DNA of 64,000 nucleotides, taken from NCBI RefSeq assembly GCF_000143415.4, contig NW_003314313.1, positions 1,205,430 through 1,269,429 on the forward strand, given 5' to 3'. Numbering within the stretch: position 1 is the stretch's first letter; every line of letters begins with the position of its first letter. This DNA comes from Selaginella moellendorffii (taxonomy: Eukaryota > Plantae > Lycopodiophyta). Shown in pieces: positions 49,920-60,900 of this stretch. Position numbers and translations under genes: made by a program. The notes beneath the pieces are model-generated. The model searched no databases. It was not told the origin of the DNA and saw only the letters and a program-made list of their open reading frames with translations.

Positions 49920-51961
49920 GATGGCATGTATTTATTTAAAAATGTAACTTATTATGGCATGGGGTTCCATGCCATTGTATTAATATTAAAAGACAATTCT
50001 TTGAGAGGATTTGCATTATACTAGAAGTGTTACAGCATGTTATTGGAAGTCTACGAAGTTGTTTTATTAATAATGGGAAAGTAAAGATTGAATGGGGACT
50101 TGGGCTCCACCTAGACTCGGAGCAACTGAGCCAATATTAAAAGGATGGAAAGAAATTGGACGACGATGACAAGGAGAAGAGAGAGGTGAAGCAGTGGCAG
50201 GGGGAGGAGAAGTGATTGAGTAGACATTTCCTTGTTTAAAATAAAATGGCATGTGCCTCAATGCAGTTGAATTTTGTTATATTTATATACTATATAAAGG
50301 TTTGGAAACCTTATTTTACAAGTGGGATAATGACAATTCCCACTTTAACGAAATAGAGCTTGATGAGGATCCCCATGCATTCTTTTCTCCCACAATCTGT
50401 GTTGTACAGCCTCAGATCCTCGCCTTCCATCCCGAAAGTCCAACTGGTGAGCTCCTCCCCCTTCTCTGCATCCACATTGACAGTGGCTGGAAGAAGAATG
50501 CAATTCCTCGCCTGTTCAGAAATGCACAACAATTAGAGCTGACAGATGAAAAGCTAGCAGCTGGAAATAACGTGAGGCCACACGCCATTCACCACTGCAT
50601 CAAATGTCTTGAGGCTGCATCCTAAGATGGCGTGAGGCTACATGCCATCTGTAACCGGACTACACTCGAGAGCCCAATCGGTGCATGCCAATGTTGCTAC
50701 TGAATGGCATGTGGCCTCATGCCATTTTCTACTTGGCCTAAAAGACTTACCATTTGAAGCCGAATGGAAGCGTGACAACCGGACTCGCTGGCGAATGTGC
50801 ACTGTGTGTGCAGCGGATCGTAGCAGCAAGGCTACTCTGCCACTTACAGTTGGAGAGTGGCGCTGAAATCTCCCGGGACGCCAAGTGGGCTGCGTGTGGG
50901 TGGCGGAGTGGGCGGCGGAGTTGGCGGCAAAGTTACAAACTGGGTGTGTCTTGAAGTGGACGCCGATGCACACGAGCGCGATGCGAGCGCGAGTGTGATG
51001 CAAGCGCGAGTGGACGCCGATGCACACGAGAAACCTATAGAGAAGTGGGAGCGCGAGTGGGAGCGCGATGTGAGCGCGAGTACGAAGCAAAATGCAAAAC
51101 CTAACCTCACACGCGCGAAATGTCACGACGGTTGGTAATCCCACCACGTCATAATTCCTCGGACTTGGGCGCCACCATTAATTTCTGGATCGGCGCGCGC
51201 ATGCGTGAAATCCAAAGGAAATCCGCAACGTCATCATTCCTCGGACTGCATGCACGCGAAATCCAAAAGAAAGATCATGATTGGGATATCATTTAATACC
51301 CTCACTATATTTATACCATGCATGATTGGATATTCCAAAGCATCTTGTATTTCCAAAAATGCCAGATGTTCAGCTAAATAAATTGTCAGAGGATTTGATG
51401 TGACGTTCAAGCGTGTGGGCTCATGCAATTTTGATCCCAAAAAATGCACCAAAAAATGCTCGGCGTCATCTGGCGTTATCTCTTGAATGGCGTGGGGCCG
51501 CATGCCATTTTCAGGAGCACATAGGAGTATATTCCTAGAATATTCTGACACGCGCGAGATTGTTTTGAGTTTCCTGGAGATCCAACCGTTAGATCGCAAC
51601 TAGATTTTACAGAATGGTATACAATGTCCTTCTTGATGACCCTGCAAAGAAGCATCTCGATCGGACACCACATGAGACCACATGAGCCTTACAATGTTTC
51701 AGGGGCATTTGCCATAGATCCGACCGTTATTTTGCTCCAAGATTCTACAGTTTGGTGTGCATTGACCTTTCCATCGACACTGCAAAGGGACATCACAATC
51801 AGATGCGGGATCACAAGAAACCAACTTCACTAACTCTGGTTTCACCAAGATCTACGTAAGGAGTTATGAAATAAAAGGACCCTCTCTATTGAAATGTGTT
51901 TATGGTCCTAGGGGCATTGTGACATATCAAAGGATTTTGCATCAAGTTCTGTATTTGCATG

Positions 51962-52271
51962 NNNNNNNNNNNNNNNNNNNNNNNNNNNNNNNNNNNNNNN
52001 NNNNNNNNNNNNNNNNNNNNNNNNNNNNNNNNNNNNNNNNNNNNNNNNNNNNNNNNNNNNNNNNNNNNNNNNNNNNNNNNNNNNNNNNNNNNNNNNNNNN
52101 NNNNNNNNNNNNNNNNNNNNNNNNNNNNNNNNNNNNNNNNNNNNNNNNNNNNNNNNNNNNNNNNNNNNNNNNNNNNNNNNNNNNNNNNNNNNNNNNNNNN
52201 NNNNNNNNNNNNNNNNNNNNNNNNNNNNNNNNNNNNNNNNNNNNNNNNNNNNNNNNNNNNNNNNNNNNNNN
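51962..52271. other. Assembly gap (310 N) within the tandem duplication
   Basis: N run. Confidence 1.
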
Positions 52272-54348
52272 GTTCAAGCGTGTGGGCTCATGCAATTTTG
52301 ATCCCAAAAAATGCACCAAAAAATGCTCGGCGTCATCTGGCGTTATCTCTTGAATGGCGTGGGGCCGCATGCCATTTTCAGGAGCACATAGGAGTATATT
52401 CCTAGAATATTCTGACACGCGCGAGATTGTTTTGAGTTTCCTGGAGATCCAACCGTTAGATCGCAACTAGATTTTACAGAATGGTATACAATGTCCTTCT
52501 TGATGACCCTGCAAAGAAGCATCTCGATCGGACACCACATGAGACCACATGAGCCTTACAATGTTTCAGGGGCATTTGCCATAGATCCGACCGTTATTTT
52601 GCTCCAAGATTCTACAGTTTGGTGTGCATTGACCTTTCCATCGACACTGCAAAGGGACATCACAATCAGATGCGGGATCACAAGAAACCAACTTCACTAA
52701 CTCTGGTTTCACCAAGATCTACGTAAGGAGTTATGAAATGAAAGGACCCTCTCTATTGAAATGTGTTTATGGTCCTAGGGGCATTGTGACATATCAAAGG
52801 ATTTTGCATCAAGTTCTGTATTTGCATGTTTATCAAGCTACTGAATTGCTAAACCCTAAACCCTAACCATAAACATGTGGCAAATGCTGTGTGAAGAAAG
52901 ATGCCCTTTCTAGGCAAATGCTGTAAGAGGCAGATGCCGAGCAGATGTATCTCAGGCTAGCGAAGGGGACAAACGAAAGCTAGCTATAAACATGACGGGA
53001 TGCAAATAGATTACTAGGCTGGTCCTACGAAAATCAAAAACCATAATTGAAAACATTGAAAATGCAAAAAGAAAGGTTTATAATATTTTTGAATTTTAAG
53101 CAACCAAATGAATGTAAGTAGGGCATGTGTTTGTAAGTTTAAAAATGCCTCAACCACTTAAATTCCCAAGTAAATAAAGCTGTTTCTATTTTTGGTACAG
53201 GTAAACTTTATAGCGTGTGGGCTTATGCAATTTTGAACCCAAAAATGCACCAAAAAATGCTCGACTAGCATTATTCTTTGAATGGCGTGTGGCCTTATAT
53301 TGCCATAAATGGACGTACACACATAGCATAATTATTCCTTTACACGGCGAATAATCTTGGCGCGGATCGCTGACATGGCATGGCAAAGTTCGAATCACTG
53401 ACATGGCACAGCTGGATCGAGGCAAGTTCAACCTCCGACAGCAAAGTCTAGAAGCTACTCAGTTTGAAATTTGTCAGAGGAATCATAAGATCTGGTTTGT
53501 CAGAGGATTTGATGTGACGTTCAAGCGTGTGTTATTTTTGAATTCTCGAACTCATTCCTAGGTCTATCATTTTTGTGCGCCGTGTTCTTGGTTCCGCTGA
53601 GTGCAGTGAGCGCTGCTTGTGTAAGCGGCGTTGTCAGCTGTGGTTTATGCGTCTACAAGCGGTTGCAGCATTGCTAGCGCCATTGCGAGCGGCAGTTTAT
53701 GCGAGTGGCAGTTTGTGTGAGCGGCGCTACGAGCAGTTGCGGTGTTGCGAGCGGCGCTACGAGTAGTTGCGGTGTTGCGAGCGGCACTATCTTTGGTGTG
53801 GCTACCGCTTCCTCTTGATATTCGGCACTTGTGCTTCCTGGTATGTTCACTATGGAATGGTTTAGGACCACATTTAGAAATGGCATGAGGCCACATGCCA
53901 TCTTGGGCCCTTGCAATTTCATGGCTAGCGTATTGTCATGTATGTTTTTACTTGCCTGCAGCTATGTGTATATCAAGATGGCATGAGGCCTCATGCCATC
54001 TTTGGCCCCTGCTAACCTATTGCCATATTCCTTTTGCCTTGCTGCAACTGTATATATTTTTGTATGGGTGACTAGTCACACACACAAAAATATATACAGT
54101 TGCAGCAAGGCAAAAGGAATATAGAAACAGGCTAGCAGGGGCCAAAGATAGCGTGAGGCCTCATGCCATTAGTGGTACCACTAATGGCATGAGGGCTCAT
54201 GCCAATTTTGTGAATGCGAAATTTCACGTGGGTGTCAATAGCATGTTTGAATAATGGCATGTGGCCTCATGCTATTTGGTATGTTATGATTTAGGCCATT
54301 CTCCAATCATTTTTTGTATGGTCTTAACTTCTTTTCTGCACTTTCAGA

Positions 54349-57157
54349 ATGGCCTTCAGGGTTGGGGAAAAGGTTTACATTTTGAGTGGTGGGAAGAGAG
54401 TTGCAAAAGGGACCCTTGTGTCTATGGATCGGAACTTTGTTATACACTGTCAAAGGCTTGGGGAAGGCAATGCTACTGTATCAGTAGAGACTGTCTTCGA
54501 TGGGAATGTGGTTGCTATTGAACGAGGAGAGATGGTCGTCGGGGTAAATGTTGTTGTTGCCTTGAAAAATCTGCAGAAGAAAGCAGATATTGGGGACAGC
54601 GCAAGTGCGATGCATGTTCCCTCCGTGGATCTTAAGAACCGTGCTACATGGATTCAGGCAAAGGTGTTTCTAAACAACCCCGAGGGGGAGGTGGTAGCTG
54701 AGGGCTTAGCCACAGTTGTCGATCCAAGAGATGCGGTTGCTAATCAAGAATTGGGCTGGGATGATATTGGAGTTGCGATTTTAGAGGTTGTTGACATAAA
54801 AGAAAACAGTCTGACTATTGGAAGCATTGTGCGGTGGAAATTGAGGCATTTAGTGTTTGAGAATGTGAAGGATTCACAATCAAACACCACTACAACTGAT
54901 GACAGAACATCTCTTCATGGGAAAAGAAAGTACACCTTCCTACAGCGCAGCCAAAGGGATCTGAGCAACGAACCGAAAAGGCAGAAAATGGCGATGGAGG
55001 TTCGAATGGTCTCGACAGTTGCTTGTTGCAAGAGGAGGTGCTGTCAACATGCTGATTGGGATGCTATTGAAGAGGAGAGAGCAAGATACAAGACATTGTC
55101 CTGGAAGGCAGCTCGCAATTTTGTGTATGAGGCATTACGGTCATCTGTTGATGCTTCAGAACATCAGGTGGGGGGCATGGTCTTCCAGAGGGGTTTGGTC
55201 TGCATGAAGGCATGGAGAATCATTTATGGAGTCCCTCGAAGCACATTCTACAGAATCAAAACTGAGTTCGAGGAACAAAGGGTTCAACAGGCAGTCCATG
55301 GGAACGACGGTACGCACAAAACCAGGGGTCATGTTGTATATGGAGAGGCAATCTTCAAGAGGTTTGTCGAGACATGTAGCGAGCAGCAACCACATAAAAC
55401 CCGCCTCTTGGAAGATGGAACACGAGACACCCAACGAGTTCTCCCTTCCATGTATACCAAGGGGGCCATATTGGAAGATGTGAATTGGGAACTCCAGAGT
55501 AATGGCTACAGGAAGCTGAGCCAATCTAGATTTAGTAGATTGTGGAGCAACAGGTTCAGGGATGTGAGTATAGGAAAGTACTCTAGCTTTTCAAAGTGTG
55601 ACGAGTGCACTGCTATCAAAATGGCTTTGTCAAAGAATTCTTGCAGCTCTCAAGAGCGAGAGACGTTGGTTAGAAGGCGGCTCGACCACAACATCGAGCA
55701 GAGAAGCTGCAGGACTGCATATTATCATAACAGGATTCTCTCCATGGAGAGACCTGACTCTTACCTCTGCATCATCCACGACAAAATGGACCAGAAAAAG
55801 ACGTGCTTACCTCGACTCAATCCTGCCCCCAAGGCAATCTCTTCATCCATGCAGCTGCCTGTGTCTCTGTTTGGCATAATCGCTCATGGGCATGGTGCCC
55901 AGAACTATGGGAACTTCTTTGTACCTCTATGGGGTGGCGGGGGTGCAAACATGATGATTGCGTCCCTAGCAAAACACTTAAGGTCTCTGCAAAGTGCGCA
56001 GACTGAGCTGAACGGCCAACCCTTGCATAAGGCCCTTGTCGATCGAACCCCATACAGGGTTCAGCTGGAGGAGGAGCAAAGGCTTGCAGTATCGCGTGGG
56101 GCCCCATACCATCCCAGTGAATATGTTGGCCATCAGATTGTAGGGTTATCACGTGAGGCCTCATGCCATTCCGACGAGGCTGGTCGCCCGGTGAATGCAC
56201 AGCCTCATCCAAACGAAGCAGAATCTCAAGGAAGTTCTTGTGGCCGATGTGGCCTTCCACCCCATCTTCTGCTCCAAACAGACAATGCTGGCAGTGAGAA
56301 CAAAAACATGTACGTCTTCGCGTACTTGGCGATGCTTGTTGCCAAAGGCATATTTGAAACGGTTACACTTGGCTTTCTCATGGTTGGGCACACTCATGAA
56401 GACGTCGATGCCATGTTCAGTCACCTGGCAGAGTCCCTCCGGCGATCCAATGTCCTCACCCTCCCACAACTCTACGATGAATTCCAAAATTGTATCAAAG
56501 GCACTGTTGAAGCTGCACTTGTGACAGAGGTTCTAGACTTTAAGGGGTTTGTAAGAGGCTACATCAGGGACGGATCCGAAACGCTGATTGGCCACTCCAA
56601 GCCTCTTCAGTTTCATTTCAGCATGCGTGACGGTGCTCCAGTGATGAGGTACAAGATGAGAGAATGGGACACAGTGTGGCTGCCAGTGGACGGCATTGAA
56701 CTCTTCAAGAGAGATCCCATAACTGGGGAACCTATGATTCCTCAGGGTTCCCCACGGCCGATGCACCCGGATGGACTCAAAGACCAGGAAAGTATAGTGG
56801 CCGGGATTAGACAGCATATTGCCTTCTGGAAGAGGGGGTTGGTGTTTGGTGGAGAATCCTATTTTAAGAGGTGCAAGCCTTTGCTCGAATACTGGGAGAA
56901 GATTATATCTGCTATCCAAAATGGGCCGGTTGTATATGAAGAATTGGAAGAGTCCTTTTGGCCAGAACCCAGAGCACCAGATAGTAGCGGAACAATGTCC
57001 TCTGGAAATGCAGTGACAGATAACGATGTTGAGGATCACTATTGTGGGCCGAGGAACAAGAAGCCGGATTCAGCATTCAATCCAGTACAGGTCTGCAAAG
57101 GAATGGTCGTGCTTGTCAGACCCAGTAATAAAAAACAAATGATATGTGTGGGGCGCT
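54349..57157 (+). CDS. Sola-like transposase of the outer copy, open for ~936 codons, truncated near its C-terminus by the LARD-B insertion
   Basis: 937-aa ORF with the DDD/E motifs above; splice acceptor immediately before the ATG. Confidence 0.82.
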
Positions 57158-57927
57158 TGTGAGACACAAAATCTCTAGGCCCCAAAGTGGAGCTGGAAGG
57201 GCGCCACATGGTAGTGGCCGAAGCGAGAGCCAAACGAGCGTAACACGTTTGGACCAAAAGCTCCGACTTGAAAAGTCAAGAGCGGGAGTGGAACTCCCAA
57301 CGAAGTGCTCGAGGAACGAGCACGAAGCGAACAAAAGGCGAGGCTCCAAAAAGGGACCAAAAAGGACCCGAAATGGAGTCCGAGATGGAGTCCGAGATGG
57401 ACCCGAGATGGACCCGAGATGGAGTCCGAGATGGAGACCGAGATGGAGTCCGAGATGGACCCGAGATGGAGTCCGAGTTGGAGTCCGAAGTGGAGTCCGA
57501 GATGGAGTCCGAGATGGAGTCCGAGATGGAGTCCGAGATGGAGTCCGAGTTGGAGTCCGAGGTGGACCTGAGATGGACCCGAGTTGGAGTCCGAAGTGGA
57601 GTCCGAGATGGACCCAAGATGGAGTCCGAGATGGAGTCCGAGGTGGACCCGAGATGGACCCGAAATGGAGTCCGAGATGGAGTCCGAGATGGACCCGAGA
57701 TGGAGTCTGAGATGGAGTCCGAGATGGAGTCCAAGATGGACCCGAGATGGAGTCCGAGATGGAGTCCAAGGTGGACCCGAGATAGACCCGAAATGGAGTC
57801 CGAGATGGACCCGAGATGGAGTCCGAGATGGACCCGAGATGGACCCGAGATGGAGTCCGAGATGGAGTCCGAGATGGAGTCCGAGATGGAGTCCGAGATG
57901 GAGTCCGAAGTCAAGACCGAGACCGGA

Positions 57928-57958
<31 letters not shown>

Positions 57959-60900
57959 TCGGGACCGAGACCGAGACCGAGGCCGAGGCCAAGACCGAGC
58001 CCGAGCCCGAGTCCGAGTCCAAATCCGAATCCGAGTCCGAGTCCGAGTCCGAGTCCGAGTCCGAGTCCGAGTCCGGAGCCTGAGAGGGTGAAAGCCCAAA
58101 GCGTTCGTCTCCCAGACCCTAGGGGGTTTGGTGAGCTCCAAAAGTATAGTAGGGGGAGGACTGCAGTGGAGCCAGTTTGGCCAGGAAAGGCCAGTTTGGC
58201 CAGGAAAGGCCAGTTTGGCCAGGAAAGGCCAATTTGGCCCAGGAAGGCCAGACCCAGTGTTGGGTGATGAACTGACCACTGGGAAGTCCAAGACTAGAGT
58301 GAATACGGACCGACAAGCGGGGTAGCTTGGTGAAGTGTTCAAGAGCCGGCTCTAGTTCCCCCGGGAGATCGACTGGCCGATGCTCCCAATCCAAGTGTGG
58401 GTGGCACTACCTACTTGGATACCAGGCATGGCTCAACAGAACCTCGCTCTAAGCCCATGGCTAGAGCACCTAAAGGCGAAAGGCGGGGAGAGTACCCAGG
58501 TGGCTCGCGTAAGGCCACGGTGTTCGGAAATGTTGTCCCAAAGGCCTAGACTGTGGAAAGGAAGAGGAGCAGTCCTCTGGGGTAGTGACCAAGGACACAG
58601 TCGTGTGGTGAGGAAGTCCCAGAGGACCATGGGACTTAGTGGTCGGGCCTGTGGGCCTCGATCCAGTGGCAGTGTTGGCAAACACGGCCAAGGGCAGAAA
58701 GGGACTTGGTAGGAACTGACAAAGGGACTTTGGGGAAGGCGATTCCCCAGGTCTGTGGGCATCTTAAGGATGCTAAGGAGTGGATCTAGGATGACCACTC
58801 GTGGACAGATGGCCCAGTCTTGGAGAGACGGGATGGTGATGCAAGTGGTATTGGACCACTAGTGCAGCAAAGGTGAATGGGCATGGCCTTAGCGTAACGG
58901 GCCGAGATGTCAGTGGTACCTTTGGGTGTCGGTCTTGGGACCGGACACGTGGAGCACTTGGACCAGGTGCAAGTGTTGAGTGGCATGGATGCCATTCTTG
59001 GGGCTAGCAAGTCCCAAGTCCTGAATTGGACTGATGGAGGTTGTGAATGAGACTCCTCCAAGTGGTCAGAGGTGTGGTTAAGTGACTAAAGTAAAATGGA
59101 AAAATTAGTCGCTTACAACTTGGTATCGGAGCCGTTCCTTAGTCCGACTTTTATTGGTGCTCAAGTATATCACCACTAGTGTTGGCATCGGAAGGTCCGA
59201 GGAGTGGGCCTATCCTTGAGGAGTAGCAAGTCGGGAAGACATGGCTCTCCATTACAATTCATGTGTGAACTTGTAGACGAGGTGGTGGATAGAAAAGGGC
59301 CAATAATGGAACGACTTTGGGATCTTGGGAACAGTGCAAGGTTTTCCTCATTGAGTTGAGGATGTGATCCGGATGAGCATTTGTTTCAGCAAATTGGCTT
59401 AGGTTGTTGTGGTAAACAACTAAAGTTGGGATCACGGGAAAGATAGAGACTCCAAAACAATAAAGGAGTCACAAGATTATCCTCATATAGTTGAGGTTGG
59501 TGCTCATGAATGTGAGACAAAAGGTAATGACCGTGGAAGGTCAAATACAGAAGAGGACTCAAGTCCTTGAAATGGTGGCCGGGGCTACCTCTAATAAATG
59601 CTGGAACAACCCAAGGAGTTGGGGGTGTATTAAGTGGATGAGTTGGTATTCTCATCACATGGATAAGTAGTCCTAAGGGGCAAAGGTTGCCCCCAGAGAA
59701 CAAAATCAAGTTTCGGAGTAACACTTCTGAAAATAGTCCTTTTGAGTAGGACCGGAATGCAAGATGTGTATTCCAGTGAGCTAGTGCCTCACAAGTAGGA
59801 CCTTACGGGTCGGTGGATTAACCAAGTCCAAAACTGCTAGACGACTCAAGTAGAGTCCTAAAAAGGACTGAATGAAGCATTTGGACTGAGGTGCGTTGTA
59901 CCCCACAAAGGATGGGGGGGGATCATAGGATCCAAGGATGAGAACAGAGAGTATCTCATCGATGGCAAAATGTGCCATGCTAAAGTTATGGGAGAGGTGT
60001 TCCCAGAAGAAAACAACTTTGACATAAAGTTGTGTGTGACCTCTATGGGGCAGTGCTAACAGATGGTTGGCATGAGAAAGAGCGGTGTTGGTCTTGGCAA
60101 AGACTTAGACACGAAGGGAAATGTCATAGAGGTAGGCTCGTGGAGCTGATGGTGTGGAGACACCAAATGTGCCAAGGTGTGATACCTTGAGGCTATGTTG
60201 GTGGGTTCATGAGAACCCCTTGCCAAAGGAATCCCAATGGAAATGGGAATGGCATAGCCTAAGCTGCAGAGCATGCAGTTGGAGTGTGGTGACCCAGATA
60301 GTGATGGAGGTGTGAAAGCACCAAGCAATGAGTTGTAGGACTTGACAACTATGAGGCAACTAAGCAAGAGGTGCAAAATAACTGATTAAACGGGTAGAAG
60401 GTAGCTACCCAAGACTTCTAGTATAGGGAAGTCGAATATACCCTTACGGGGGATAAGTTTCTTATGTTGCGATATAGTAAGTCAATGTCATAAAAGGAAA
60501 TACTCATTGTCAAGAAAGCCATCATTGTGACACCCGAACACTCTAGAACACCAGAAGGTGGTGTTTGATATCGCGAGGGCAATGGATAAAGCCTAAGGGA
60601 CTAAGTCCCTAGCGAATGATGGATAGAAGGTGCTATCCAAATGTCCAAGGTTGAGAAGACAGGAGAGGACTGTCTACCCAAGTTGGACAAAGCCAAAAAT
60701 GGAATTTTGGCAAGGCTAGTGATGGGCATGTAAAGGCCCATAAGCAACAATGTAACCCCAGTGTGTGGGATTATAAGCTGAGCATACCCGGATTGAGGAA
60801 CCACTCCCTGGGCTATTGGGTAGGTTCATCCCTAAGAATACTTGCTAAGGCATGCTAGAAAGTGCAAAGCTATCCTCTTGGTCTGGAGGAGAATGACCGA

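Larger units (their letters stand above)
36937..50361 (-). mobile_element. Complete 13.4-kb Sola-like DNA transposon (inner copy), 24-bp TIRs, 4-bp TSD GATG
   Basis: AAGCTCTATTTCGTTAAAGTGGGA at 36937-36960 and its perfect reverse complement at 50338-50361; GATG at 36933-36936 and 50362-50365; the flanks rejoin to the uninterrupted cargo-gene sequence. Superfamily name is inferred from motifs and the 4-bp TSD. Confidence 0.9.
33597..57157 (+). mobile_element. Sola-like DNA transposon, outer copy (33597-36936 + 50362-57157; continues beyond the LARD-B insertion)
   Basis: TIR at 33597-33620; reverse-complement homolog of the inner copy; two internal deletions in the cargo gene. Confidence 0.88.

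Noticed and set aside
37163-50267. CRISPR-like array formed by the 22-bp palindromes
   Set aside because: Spacing is irregular (tens of bp to kb), the copies lie within genes, there are no cas genes, and the context is eukaryotic.
51406-52830. Extra tandem unit in the outer transposon copy
   Set aside because: The near-identical units flank an N gap, so copy number cannot be trusted.
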